A DNA stretch of 64,000 nucleotides from Chara braunii (Eukaryota > Plantae > Charophyceae): assembly GCA_003427395.1 (NCBI GenBank), contig BFEA01000011.1:3628696-3692695 (forward strand). The letters are read 5' to 3'. Numbering within the stretch: the stretch's first letter is position 1; the number at the start of each line of letters is the position of its first letter. The notes under the pieces were generated by a model. It saw only the letters and a list, made by a program, of their open reading frames with translations. It made no database searches and was not told the DNA's origin. Position numbers and translations under genes: made by a program. Shown here piece after piece: positions 1 to 12,045 of the stretch.

Positions 1-140
1 CGATCCGTCGATGTCGCCCCGCCGCAACTAGGTGGAAGGCCCATCGACAAATCTAAGTCCAGGTGGCTCCCCATCTGCGAATCCGACATCCCCAACCCCC
101 TCGCCACACCTGGGGTCATACCCGCCATGACCGGTTCGTA

Positions 141-3100
141 CTACTCCGTGAGGAACTGCTGCATGAGGCGCTCGTCGCCGCCCCCACGCGACACCTCCGC
201 CTGTGCCCCTATCTCCTCCTCCACTGCTCCTAGCATTCCCCCCCCCACTGCATCCGACCCTCGTCTCGCTGCTCCAGCTGCTGCAGCCACAAGCCCATCC
301 AGTGCAGCTGCTCCACCAGCTGCTCCTCCAGCTGCTCCTCCCGCTGCTCCTCCAGCTACTCCCGCCTGTCCCTCCACTGCATCTGCTCCCCCTGGCGCTG
401 GTGCCTCCTCCGCCAACACTGAAGCTGCCATCTCCTCTAGCAATGAAGCCGCTGCTGCTACAACTATCTGGTTCACTACACCTGCAATCGTCGTGTCCGC
501 CAATCCCCCCTCCACTGCCATCTCCCCCTCCACTGCTGCTGCCGATGGTCCCCCCTCCTCCTGCAAGACCCCCGGAGAAGGTGATCGTAACCTCAGCTGT
601 CGGACTGCCCCGCCTCTGTGGAGTACTCCGCGCTGAGGCAAAGAGGACGCCAACTCCTCCGTGTCCTCTGCTGCCGTGGTCGGCTCATATGGCGCGACGG
701 GCGATGGCGGTGCAGGACTCGGAGAAGAAGGTGGCGGCATGGACGACTCCTGCCTCGTCGGAGCGGGGCTCGTCGCCCGCGCTCCTGTGCCGCCCATCGA
801 AGCGACCTCCCCGAACGGTCCCCCGAACTCCTCCTCTCCCCCCATCATCTCCCTCTCCGCCCTGTCAACCGCACCCAGCCCCCAGCCCGCCGATACTCCG
901 ACCCCAGAGCGCTGCCCAGAGTGCGGGGTGGTCCGCTGCCTCGGGTATCGGTTCCTCGTCGGAATCATCCTCCCTGGGGTAAGGACAGAAATGGAAGCAC
1001 GTCTACCGAATACGGCCTCAGCGGCGGGTGGTGCGGAGACCCCGATGGGATCCCGGGTGATAAGCGCAACCTGACGGGCAATCTCCTCCGGTGTCATCCT
1101 CCTGCGCGTGCCCGTGCGCACTGGCTCCAACTCCAGTCCGGCCTGGCAGTCTAGCATGCCCTCGTCCCGCTGCCATGGCAGCACATAACCACACCCAGCC
1201 CGCCGATACTCCGACAACCGCACATTCGCGGTGATCTCAACGAGCTGAACGACCTTCTCAAAGGCCAACTGGTTGCGCTTCTTCGTGTGAATGCCCTCGT
1301 GGACTGCCCAGTTCCTCTCCGCTGGAGAGGCGCAAGACCACATGTGCATCATATGAAGAGCGCAACGCTGCAACTCAGGTGCGCCAAACCCGTACTGAGA
1401 CCACCAGGACGCGCACTCAATCGTCTCCCTGTCGCCGCTGCAAGTACGCCCACGAGCACACCCCTCCCCCCCTCCCCAATCCCCAAATGTGACCTGTTGC
1501 ATGTGGAAGTCCTCAAACTGCCGACATGCAATGATGTACTCCACACCATCCTCCTCGTAACCCGTCTGCGTCAAAATGTACCTCTTGGATTGCCTTACAA
1601 GCCACCGAGGGTAATCCCTCACCTCGCCCGAAAAGTACTCAACATGTCGTCTGCGGGGGTTAAGTAAGAACCCCGTGCAGTGAGCAGGCTCCAGCATGTG
1701 TTGTGTGCGAGCCTGCACACGCCTGACGATGCGGTCAGCGAAAACCCTCCCCAAATGAGCGCATGCATCAGTGACACGGCGGACAAGATCTTGTGTCCAC
1801 TCGATCATGAGGGACATGTACTGCCCCCCACGATCCATCCGCCTAAGCAGCTCCATGACGGCCTGCATGATGTGGACTATGGTGGCCATCGTGTGCCACC
1901 AAGGCTCCCATCTGATCTGTCGGCGCACCCAACGCGCCATGTCGCGCACATCGGCGGACCACGGTATAGAAGCAAACTCCCGCCCCTCATCCCCTCGCAT
2001 CATCGCCTGCAGAGCGTCCTGCAGGGCCAACAGTCTCTCCAACATAAAATAAACAAACGCGAACCGTGTCTCGCAAGAAAGCACAAGCCCCTTGTTGGGG
2101 CTGCGCTTCCTAAAGAAATAAAGGGCGGCCTGGTGGGTTTTGAAAAACACCACCAGAACACGAGCGTGTGTAATCGCGTCCACAAACGCGTCGCAACTCG
2201 TCCCCATGTTTGACAACAATTTGTTGCAGACATGGACAGAACACGGAAGCCAAGTGATCCTCCTCATTGCAGGAGAAATGCCCGACGAGGCCAATGCCCT
2301 CGCAGCGCCCACGTACGCCGATGCGGAGTCTGTGCATATCGCATTGACCCGCTGCGGGCCGCCGAAACTGAACTCGTGGAAGATGGTCACCCATCTCCGA
2401 AGGACGTGCATTGCATCGTCCGGCTCGCCCTCGCGATTGATCGTCGTGTAGACGACGACCCCCAGCGAGCCGGCGGCAAGGAAATTCACGATCGGTCTTC
2501 CGTCTCGTGATTTCCTCCTGTCAGAGAGGAGGGTGGCACCAGTGATCCAGAATGGCTGCCTCACCTCCTCCAACTCCTCCACCAGCTCCTCACGGTGGGT
2601 CTCCACCGCCTGCATACTCGCAATCTCGCTGTGGCTGGGGAGCACATCGCGAGGGGAACTGCCAGGCTGCTCAAGACGGACCTGCTGGTATGCCTTCCAA
2701 GCCTGGTTGCGGAAGGCATTGAAGGGGACCCCGCTGGAATAGAGCCAGCGAAGGAATGTCTTCTTGTGGCGAGCAACCCACTCGCCACCGTAGACGTCAG
2801 TGACCTTCTGCTGGCGATGCCTCTTCCCAGCTGGGGCGGCGGCCGGATCTGTTCCACCTTCCTTCCTCTTGGAAGAACCCTCCTCTACAGGTCCCTTGGC
2901 TGCTCGCCTAAAAAGGTCCTCCATCCTCTCCCCAGTGCCTGGATAAACCTCAGGCACGTCCTCGTGTCCCGGGACTCCCTGCTCGCCCGGGACACGCGCC
3001 TCGCGATCGACGTCGATCGCGCCCTCCTCCGTGTCTCCACCTCCACCATCTCCCCCTACCCCTCCTGACGCTCCCTCCACGGGCTGCCGCCCCGCCTCTC

Positions 3101-3428
3101 CTCCCCTCACACCACCCGTGCCAGGCACATCGACTCCGCGCTCCGCCGCGTACCTGGCAACCCTCTCCATTTGATCGCTCTCGAACTTCTGTTGACTCCG
3201 TCGCGCGATCTCGTACAAAGCCTCGTCGCTGACGTCCTTGCAATAGTTCGTCTGCGTGAAATGCCTCGTCGCCTGGAATTGGCTCCCCTGAAATACTTTG
3301 TTGCAAAAAGTGCAACACAGCATCATGACCCCCTTGTTGTCGACCTTCTGGCCGACAACCAGGTAACGGTACACAGGGGAGCGGCCCCTGAATGTGTCCT
3401 GCAGAGGGTCAGGGGCAGGCTCATGCAA
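141..3428 (-). CDS. hAT-superfamily transposase (BED zinc finger, DUF659-type catalytic region, hAT dimerization motif); C-terminal part probably frameshifted/low-complexity
   Basis: 1095-aa ORF with BED-like CTFC...H...C, catalytic-region motifs LLSD, ICTDSAS, CSVH (CxxH), CETRF and WW...SPAERNW; Ala/Gly/Glu-rich tail after an apparent frameshift near 985. Confidence 0.88.
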   Translation of the reverse strand: MHEPAPDPLQDTFRGRSPVYRYLVVGQKVDNKGVMMLCCTFCNKVFQGSQFQATRHFTQTNYCKDVSDEALYEIARRSQQKFESDQMERVARYAAERGVDVPGTGGVRGGEAGRQPVEGASGGVGGDGGGGDTEEGAIDVDREARVPGEQGVPGHEDVPEVYPGTGERMEDLFRRAAKGPVEEGSSKRKEGGTDPAAAPAGKRHRQQKVTDVYGGEWVARHKKTFLRWLYSSGVPFNAFRNQAWKAYQQVRLEQPGSSPRDVLPSHSEIASMQAVETHREELVEELEEVRQPFWITGATLLSDRRKSRDGRPIVNFLAAGSLGVVVYTTINREGEPDDAMHVLRRWVTIFHEFSFGGPQRVNAICTDSASAYVGAARALASSGISPAMRRITWLPCSVHVCNKLLSNMGTSCDAFVDAITHARVLVVFFKTHQAALYFFRKRSPNKGLVLSCETRFAFVYFMLERLLALQDALQAMMRGDEGREFASIPWSADVRDMARWVRRQIRWEPWWHTMATIVHIMQAVMELLRRMDRGGQYMSLMIEWTQDLVRRVTDACAHLGRVFADRIVRRVQARTQHMLEPAHCTGFLLNPRRRHVEYFSGEVRDYPRWLVRQSKRYILTQTGYEEDGVEYIIACRQFEDFHMQQVTFGDWGGGEGCARGRTCSGDRETIECASWWSQYGFGAPELQRCALHMMHMWSCASPAERNWAVHEGIHTKKRNQLAFEKVVQLVEITANVRLSEYRRAGCGYVLPWQRDEGMLDCQAGLELEPVRTGTRRRMTPEEIARQVALITRDPIGVSAPPAAEAVFGRRASISVLTPGRMIPTRNRYPRQRTTPHSGQRSGVGVSAGWGLGAVDRAEREMMGGEEEFGGPFGEVASMGGTGARATSPAPTRQESSMPPPSSPSPAPPSPVAPYEPTTAAEDTEELASSLPQRGVLHRGGAVRQLRLRSPSPGVLQEEGGPSAAAVEGEMAVEGGLADTTIAGVVNQIVVAAAASLLEEMAASVLAEEAPAPGGADAVEGQAGVAGGAAGGAAGGAAGGAAALDGLVAAAAGAARRGSDAVGGGMLGAVEEEIGAQAEVSRGGGDERLMQQFLTE

Positions 3429-3437
3429 CCCTTCGAT

Positions 3438-3480
<43 letters not shown>

Positions 3481-3529
3481 TGCGGGCCGCCGAACCCCGC
3501 CGAACCCTACCAAACAATGGTCAGACCCG

Positions 3530-3640
3530 CGCGTTCAATCGCGTTGAACGCCGTTAAATCGCGTTGAACGCCGTTAAATCGCGTTGAACGCCGTTAAATC
3601 GCGTTAAAATGCGTTAGAACGCGTTTAACGTCGTTGAATT
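3530..3640. repeat. 20-bp tandem repeat (GCGTTGAACGCCGTTAAATC)x3 plus degenerate copies; hAT subterminal motifs
   Basis: Three exact copies at 3541-3600. Confidence 0.9.
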
Positions 3641-3773
3641 AAAAATTCAATGGCGTTCGTCGGGTTCGCGCACGCTCGATTTCATCCGTCATTGACCCGC
3701 TCCGCCGCTTCCCCGCCATCGCCGCTCCGCTCCGACGCGCTCCACGCTCCATGCTCCGCTGCGCTCCGGGCTG

Positions 3774-3870
<97 letters not shown>

Positions 3871-3884
3871 TCTCGCGCGCTATG

Positions 3885-3930
<46 letters not shown>

Positions 3931-3957
3931 TTCTCTCTCTCTCCGCTCTGTAAGGCG

Positions 3958-4002
<45 letters not shown>
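3774..4002. repeat. Interrupted (CT)n microsatellite
   Basis: Directly visible; explains the spurious RERE/SLSL ORFs. Confidence 0.95.
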
Positions 4003-4003
<1 letters not shown>

Positions 4004-4461
4004 TTCCAACTTGACGGGCAACCCGTTCGTCACGTTGGAGCGTTAGTGCTCGAGCGGCAAATGAGCTGCGGCCGAACGCGCTTGCGCGTTAAGTACCTGT
4101 TCGCGCGGCAAATGAGCCGCAAGCCGGTGCCCCGCGTTTTTTTTTTTTCTTTGGGAAAAAAAATAAAAAATAAAAAAATGAATGCACGGGGTGGTACCCG
4201 ACAATGAGTACTACCACCCCGCACCTTCACAAAAACCCCCCCCCCCCCCCCGAGAGCGCGAAAGAACGGTTCGCGGACCCCGTTCATTCGCGTCCAATGT
4301 GCGTTTGAACGCGGATTGAACGGGAATTGAACGCGCGTTCAATTTTTTAACGCGGACCCCGAGTTAAATCGAATTTCGGACACATAGATGACGGAGGTAA
4401 CCCCACTACCCCTCTTTCTCCCCTGTCTTCTTCGTCTCTCGTTTCCCTGCCTGACAAATTC

Positions 4462-5600
4462 TGCTATTTTTGCGAAGCTATCTCCCGTGTGTACTCGGTT
4501 TCCATGCGTCCTAACGGGGAAGGGTATGCGGATTGGATAGATTGTCGACAGTGTGTTGCACGAGCCCATGGCTCGTGCATCCAATACAGAAACGATAGTA
4601 AACCGTGGTTGTGCCCCTTGTGTCGAACCGACAAGATTCCTTCCGAGGCTCGCTTTTTGGATGCCACGTCAGAAGGGTTGGAAAAGACCCGAAGGTTTAG
4701 AACTTAGAAGGGCCGAAGTATGGATTGATATCGCCTTGATTGCCACCCTGGTTGGCACCCCCCTCCAGGATTTCACCAAGGAAGATCGGAGGAGGGCCAA
4801 CGAGAGGGATCACGATTACAAGTGGATAGAGGGCAGATTAAAAAACGAAAAACTGGCGGCAGTGGGATTTGGATGGTTGTACCGCATCCGTTCATGAGGT
4901 ATGACTGGGTTAAGATGGCACATGAAGAGACTGCGGCTCATTTCGCCGTACGGATCACAGAGTCACTATCGACAAAAATGAGTGGTACTGGTCCAATATC
5001 CGCGACGATGTAAAGTACATCGTCATCAACTGTCAAGTCTGCGCCGCTGATAAGGCGCCGATTCAGCCGCCAAGATCGATAGTATCAACGGTAGTTGAAC
5101 GGCGATTTCAAAGAGTCAATATGAACACTACCGACATAGTGGTGCCCCCTGGTCCTAATAGTTATGAGTATTCAGTCCTATTGGTATATGTCGACCATTT
5201 TTCGAAATGGATCAAAGCCTACCCTTGTCGCACGCGACAAGCCGCCGAAATCGCGCGATACGTCAACCGCTTTCTCGGGATGCACTAGGATACGAAAGAG
5301 ATCCTAACCGACAATGGGGCTGAATTCAGGGGAGAAGTGCTAAGGAATCTAGTCTTACATGGCGTCGCCATACGGAATACTGCACCCCACATGTCGCAAA
5401 CCAATGGGCTGGTGGAAAACACGAACAGGGTGATAAAGACGACATTGCGGCAGAATATCCAGGCATGAGATCCGAGGCCCTGCCCGATATCGTCGACCAC
5501 ATCCTAGTGGTCCATCGCGGTACACCTCATGAATCGACGGGGCTAAGCCCCTTTCAATGGAGGACCAATAGCGTCGCTTGCGTTTCGATACCAAGCCTAC
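4462..5600 (+). pseudogene. Ty3/Gypsy pol remnant: PHD finger followed by integrase (HHCC and DDE core), with stops and frameshifts
   Basis: CYFC-x23-CRQC-x4-H-x2-C-x8-WLCPLC at 4462-4623; AHEETAAH...CQVC; YVDHFSKW, LTDNGAEF, SQTNGLVENTNR. Confidence 0.85.
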
Positions 5601-5689
5601 CGGATGAATCCACACTGAACCGACGACCCACCAGGGTCACAGCTCGAGACAAGGCCAAAAGACACTTGGAACTAATGGAACGGTGTCGT

Positions 5690-6095
5690 GCGCACGGTCC
5701 CCGCTGGGGGAACCTTCCCGGCCGCGTCACGCAGGATTGGCAGAAATTTGCAAGTCGCTTCACGAAAAGGGAAGCGGCGGAGCCGCTCCGGCCGAGTGCG
5801 CCAGCTATACCTCCATCGAGTCCCTACGACAGGACAGGGTCTCGCGAGGTACAACTTACCTCCACCCGTGGGAGCTGTCACCATCCCTTGGGTGGGCGTA
5901 TCCCCGCCGAGCTACTGAACCACACGCGGAAGCTTTTACTTGCAATCGCGGAGGTGGCCCAACCGAGGGTGTTTCTCGTATGCTGTAGCATAGGGGGTAC
6001 GTGCGGTCCATGCCTAGCTCGAACCCGTACGCGAACCGTCACGCAGGGGCGCTGATCTCCCACGTGCGGTTCAGCGTCGGTCGACTAGGACATCC
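5690..6095 (+). repeat. About 400-bp retroelement 3' module, copy 1
   Basis: Colinear with 23370-23780, e.g. shared CGCGAGGTACAACTTACCTCCACCC, GGGAGCTGTCACCATCCCTTGGGTG and CGTCGGTCGACTAGGAC. Confidence 0.85.
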
Positions 6096-6779
6096 TAAAT
6101 CAACCACGCGATACACGATAAAACACAGTAACTCGTACAAACAAATTAGCCTAGTCCCTTTTTCATACGTCCTGACCCATAACTGAGAACTGCCAATGTG
6201 TCTGAGCGAGGTCTGCGTAGAGTTACATAAAACGAATGCCACTGCCATGGGAACCATAACGCTCAGTCATGTGTTCTCACTTAGTTTGCTATCATGGCGA
6301 CGCTTCATGCGTTACCCACATCCGTGCAACCTCCCATGGGTTTCGGGGTTGCGTACGACACTCAAGTGTCGAAAGCGAAATATCGTGAAGGGTTTCTCCT
6401 TCACGATATTGCACGGCTGAAGGATAAGTCGTTTGGCCCTTGCGGCACCACTGTTTTTTAGGCAGTGGGTGACGATAAGCAAGGGGCGCAGGTCCGCCTC
6501 AAGGCGGAAACCTTTTTTGTGCTGGACCGGAGCCTGGGACGTCCTGGACAAGGACCTCGAATTCCAGGCTCATGACCAATGTCCATTTAGTAATCTTAAA
6601 AGCAAGACCCCTTTTGAGACGGGGTACGCTCGTCCTTCCCCTGCGCAAGGAAGATACGAGTACTCACGGGTTGGCGAGCAATTCGTCGTACCCAAGCTAA
6701 GTCTCAGTCCGATCTAAGGTCGAGCGCTAAACCTTGCGCTCGGCTACTCCTGCCTGTTCGCTAGATGCACATGACAGGA

Positions 6780-9700
6780 GTAAAATAAGAGAAAGAAACT
6801 GGTGAGTCTCGAGGGAAATCAGGGACAGTCATTCTCACAGCCATAGTTGAACCCCCTTGTCACTCACACCCTTCATTCATTCACCCATATCACCCTTAGT
6901 TCATGAGCGAGCGGTTGCTCCCATACATATCTGCACACACATGAAGTCCATTGAAAATTTCACACGCAGATGCCACAAAACGTGGTCAACCCCTTTTCTC
7001 CCAGATTCATGTCCCACACGCCCCTTTCCGACCCCCACTCAACAAAAGCATATCCGCCCCGTCCCGATTCGCACAACTTTTGGATGACCATTCAAGAGAG
7101 GTACCAAGGGTAGATTTTCTTTCACACGAAAATGTCTTTCGCCTACAGGGTCACAAACATTTGGGCGTGGGTATCATGGTGGGTAGGAATTGAGTCGCAA
7201 ACTGACCTGCTATCGCAATAAGATAGCAGAAGCTGATGAAGCTCAAAACTTCAAAGAACACTCGCAGGTAGCAATGACCTGCGTCACAAATCAAGGCATC
7301 GCCTGTCGAGTTAACGGAGTTCAACTCCGTATCGTATTCTAAGCTACTAAGTAGTAGCGTCCGATAACGATATGAAAAGCCTGAAAATTTCGGCAGCACT
7401 TCCTTTAGGGAAGTGTCTTTGAAGAATATTTACTCTACTTAATCTCAAAAGAAAAACTCGTGACCCTCAAAACATCTGAAAATAAACTAACTTTTTGGTT
7501 TCAGTCGAAATTTCGGCAGCACTTCCTTTAGAAAGGTAGAAAGGAAGACTCCCTGAATTCCTACTGACTCCAAAGACTAAACTATATCCTATCCTGGCTG
7601 ACATCTCTGAAACTTGACAAACTTTGAGTACTTAGCAGAAATTTTGGCAACATCTCCCCTAAGGAAAGGAAACTCCCATAACTTCTACTAACTCAGAGGC
7701 TAGCCAATGCCCTACCAAAACAATCATGCATGAAAAGACAAATGCAAAAAACAAAAGTGAGCATCTACCTACCTATCGCTCAAGCAATAGGCGAGCACTA
7801 ACAGACTACCCTACTATGCAGAAAACAGACGGAGCCTGAACAAACGACAAGTCATTGCCAACCAGCATGTCATGTTCACAACGCATTCAACCAAACAAAG
7901 GTTCGTTCATTCAAAGTTTTCATCTTTTCCTTATTCTGATCACAAAAAACATTAGTCCTGTATCTTACTTAGTTGACTTTTACTTTCCAGGTTGTTCTCA
8001 GTCAAAGCCCACGTAATCACCAACACACTAGCCTGGACTATTCTCACAAGGAGAAAAGTCAAGTATTTTCCAACAAGCAAAAATCGACTGACTTAGCAAG
8101 GCGACCGGATCAGTCTGAAGGACCTCATCTCAAACCCCAGTTCAATGTCTTAGGCAATACGAGCAAGGCGACCGGATCATTCTGAAGGACCTCGTCTCCA
8201 ACCCTAGTTCAATGTCTTAGGCAAACGAGCAAGGCGACCCGATCAGTCTGAAGGACCTCATCTCCAACCCCAGTTCAATGTCTTACGCAAACGAGCAAGG
8301 CGACCGGATCTGTTTGAAGGACCTCATCTCCAGCCCCAGTTCAATGTCTTAGGCAAACAAGCAAGGCGACCGGATCAGTCTGAAGGACCTCATCTCCAGC
8401 CCCAGTTCAATGTCTTAGGCAAACGAGCAAGGCGACCGGATCAGTCTGAAGGACNNNNNNNNNNNNNNNNNNNNNNNNNNNNNNNNNNNNNNNNNNNNNN
8501 NNNNNNNNNNNNNNNNNNNNNNNNNNNNNNNNNNNNNNNNNNNNNNNNNGATCAGTCTGAAGGACCTCGTCTCCAGCCCCAGTTCAATGTCTTAGGTAAA
8601 CGAGCAAGGCGACCGGATCAGTCTGAAGGACCTCATCTCCAGCCTCAGTTCAATGTCTTTGGCAAAACAGTAAGGCGACCGGATCAATCTGGAGGACCTC
8701 ATTTCCAGCCCTAGTTCAATGTCTTAGGCAAAACAGCAAGGCGACCGGATCAGTCTAGAGGACCTCATTTCCAGCCCCAGTTCAATGTTTTAGGCAAAAC
8801 AGCAAGGCGACCGGATCAGTCTGGAGGACCTCATTTCCAGCCCCAATTCAATGTCTTAGGCAAAACGGCAAGGCGACCGGATCAGTCTGGAGGACCTCAT
8901 TCCCAGCCCCAGTTCAAATCATCGCGTGCAAACATCGTGATTTTTATCACAGACAGATGAATTAACATGCATAGTAGATTACTATTTCTGGTTTAATTAA
9001 TGTCATGAAAAAGAAAACAATCATATAGTACACAAGTCAAAGTCAAATAGACAAAACATCAGTTTTGTATAGATAGGGGTTTAGTGGGATACTAGTGGTA
9101 TAGTGTCGGCCTACCTCTGAGTTCCCTGCCTCCAGAGTCCCGCCTGGGCTCCGGCAGAGCTCCCGCAATCGGTAGGTCAACCTCCCAGAAAGGCCTTGAT
9201 GTGGTCCTACGGGTTGCAACCCCGCCTGCCGCCTTCCTCTCTGAACACAGACTAGACTGAGAGGAAGAAGGAAAAAAGAAGAAGAGTTAGATGCTCGAGA
9301 TACGAGAAGGGGCCAACTCAACTCACATGAGAGGGCTTTGTTGCCTTCTGATCCTGAGGGCCCCGCAATGGTGGCCGAAACGCAGCTTCCGCAGTCCGAT
9401 CCGTGGTTAGAACGAAGCGAAAAACCTGTCTTCAAGAAACTGAAGTCGCGACAGATTCCCAACTGATGTGTTTGATACACCGCTCAACAGGTAAGCCTCC
9501 AAACTTGCTCCTCACGCCAACCCCCTCAATCTGCTGAGCAATGTTCCGTGCAATCAGGTATCTCTCCAGTCCGCTGCCGGGCTGCTGCTGTTTTCTTCGA
9601 TTGTGTGAGCAATGCACAGTTGGATCAGGTAAGCCTCCAGTCTGCCGCTAGCCTGCAGTGGCTTCCCACCAACTGTGTGAATCATGCACAGTCCGACTTG

Positions 9701-11890
9701 TGAGTCTACAGTCCACTACTGGTCTCAAGACACTTCGACTTCTCAACACGTTATGCCTCATTGTTGACTTGCAACTTGCCTAAATGCAGCCATTAACTCC
9801 CAAGGCTTCTGGCAGTAATGGTAAGTCAGAATTTGTGGCCCGTAGTTGCTGAGCATTTTCGAAGCAATAGCAACAAAATAAACAGTCGCAAATTTCAGTC
9901 CAACGACCAGCGGCGCTGCCTTTCAAACAGCAGCATCTCATAACTTCAATCTATTGAAAAGCAACAATGGCACTTGGTCTTGCCAGCGTTCTGACCCTCC
10001 GCTACTACAGGATTTGTTCATGGGAGAATCCACTACCCTCAGATATGATTCCCATGAGTAGCAGATGCCGGTGACTCGTTTAACAAGGACGTACCCACAC
10101 TCACTTGCAGCGAGATAATTACCAGCGACAATAAGATTATTGTTGTGATGTTGATGACAACAATTCACCTCTTTTCAACATACTGAGCGGGACTGAGACA
10201 GACTGAGTCAATAGTGTCATCATGAACACGGAGACGACCATATTGATGGGGGGATCCGCGAATCACGACGGGCACGATGGTGATGGAGTATACCATGAGC
10301 ATCGCCTGGGTGAGCGTGACCACTCTCACATGCCTCGCCTCACCACTCTTCAAACGTGCAGAAAATAAGAATGAACCCTTCCTTTAGAGTATGGGAAGGT
10401 ACACTAGTAAAAAGAAGAGATGCATCATCCGCTGGAATTTGGAAGAATGTAATCTGGCGTCTGTTTTAGGCCCCCACTCACGTCCGCTTCATTCAACCTC
10501 CCCCTTGCCACCTCGCCTCATGACTGTTACTTGATCGTATGTACTTGGCAACACACAAGAACAGCCAGGTTCAGGCACATAAAAGACGAATCGGCCTTGC
10601 CCAGGTGAATAGCATTGGATAGGTGCTCAAGATCTCAATGAAAACGGTAATTAGGACCACCGGGAAGGACGCAAGGACAAACACTAGCGCGAAGGAGACT
10701 GAGCTCTTACGAAGTCGAGCACCAATCTACCCGATACAACGAGCATCAATCCGCCGGTCGTCATGCACTGCCCCATTGCTCAACATCACGTTGAGCAACA
10801 TCCCAATGTTGAGGACCAGTCAGCAGCGCAGAAGAATCAGCACCATAGATGGACACAATGGTCATCACAGATTCTAACGGTAAGGCAAATGACAGCAACT
10901 CACAGATGACAACCACGACCTTGCATGCTGCTGCGCCCCTACTGTTCAACAACTATGTAGCATGCCACCAGCAGTTTGTCGCCCACGCATGTATCATATC
11001 TCGCCTCCCCTCTTCACTTTTCTCGTCCTTCCTTTCACATCGTATAAAACAGCAAGGTGGGCGCGATGTTTGCCTTCGTCCCCAAAAAGAGCACGGGAGT
11101 TATGCCTCCCACGACAGTTTGCAGACCAAGTGGTGATGTGACGACCCCTATAATAGCTACGGATCAGATGTGGCAAATGAGCATGAATCTTCCCCTAAAA
11201 CACCGGAAGATACATTGCTATNCTCGAAAACTCCGTAGTAGCCGCGCAGCCTCCTTTCTTCAATGCACAGAAACTAACAACCTAACGCCAAAACTAACAT
11301 TACCATCATGTTCGCCTTGTCCCGAAACATTGGTTTTGAGTCCTCCTTTGCTTGATTCCGTTGAAAAACGAGCAAACCACGCAACTTTCACTCTCGCTCT
11401 TCCTTTCTTCTCCCTCCTTGACTCGCCCGCGCATGACTTTTCTTTTCTAGTTCCTATTCACCTAACCCCTAATTTAATCTGACTGCAGATTTGAATTCGC
11501 CCTGCCTCAGAACCTCAGTTTCAACTCCTCCCATGCCCAATTTCGTTATGAAACGGGTGGGATGTGAGTTCTCGACTATTACATGCTCACTCCCTCCGCC
11601 TTCGTCAGTTTCCTCTTTGTCTCCCACATCTAACCCTGATCCTGGCCGGATTCACTCGTCTTCTTTCATCTGCTCTATTTCTCCTCTTCTCTTGCCTTTA
11701 GCGCTGCCTCACCGCCTTTTTCCCCTCTTCTGTCAATCATGCCTTTGCTTCCGTTTTCTTCATTGTTCTTGCCGTCCATCTTCTCTCTTCTTCTCTCTCC
11801 CATTCGTCTTCTTCCCCGTTTTCCCCCAACGTCCTTTCTTCTCTCCGACTGCTCTTAGCGCAGCCCCGTGCAACGCAGACTGGCAGCTCC
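6780..11890. mobile_element. Large LTR-like non-coding block, unit A (boundaries approximate)
   Basis: Shares AAATTTCGGCAGCA-type motifs, a periodic array and a conserved block (9115-9420 vs 28862-29165) in the same order as 24.2-31.6 kb; preceded by a purine tract near 6776-6799. LTR identity is inferred. Confidence 0.45.
8096..8915. repeat. 66-bp tandem array (GCAAGGCGACCGGATCAGTCTGAAGGACCTCATCTCCAGCCCCAGTTCAATGTCTTAGGCAAACGA), about 12 copies spanning an N gap
   Basis: Unit starts at 8096, 8163, 8229, 8295, 8361, 8427, then 8604, 8670, 8736, 8802, 8868. Confidence 0.95.
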
Positions 11891-11892
11891 GA

Positions 11893-12045
11893 GTTCAGCC
11901 TCCTTGAGAAAAAGAGAAAAGAAATAAAATAAAATTTGAAGGGAACCAGCCAACGACAGATCCGGTAAGTCTTTTGTCCCTTCTCCCAAAGTCCGATTAA
12001 CGTTTTACACGTCCAACCTGCTGCGTGCTCTCACTCGAGCCCTCC
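11893..12045 (-). pseudogene. Degenerate 28S (LSU) rRNA fragment from the region around the LR5 primer site
   Basis: Plus strand AGGGAACCAGC..AGTCTTTTGTCCCT..CCCAAAGTCCGATTAACGTTTTACACGTC..GCTGCG is colinear with the conserved LSU complement AGGGAACCAGCTACTAGATGGTTCGATTAGTCTTTCGCCCCTATACCCAAGTCAGACGAACGATTTGCACGTC (recalled; roughly two-thirds identical by eye). Confidence 0.7.

Larger units (their letters stand above)
1..4360 (-). mobile_element. hAT DNA transposon; 5' end near 4360, other end outside the window
   Basis: Transposase ORF plus clustered CGCGTTC/GAACGCG subterminal motifs at 3530-3640 and 4260-4360; unrelated Ty3 pol sequence begins immediately after. Confidence 0.7.

Noticed and set aside
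127-3557. Plus-strand ORFs overlapping the transposase
   Set aside because: GC-rich antisense shadows of the hAT ORF.
8096-8915. 22-aa repeat protein (ARRPDQSEGPHLQPQFNVLGKR)
   Set aside because: In-frame TAG in at least two units and a 67-bp first unit break the frame.
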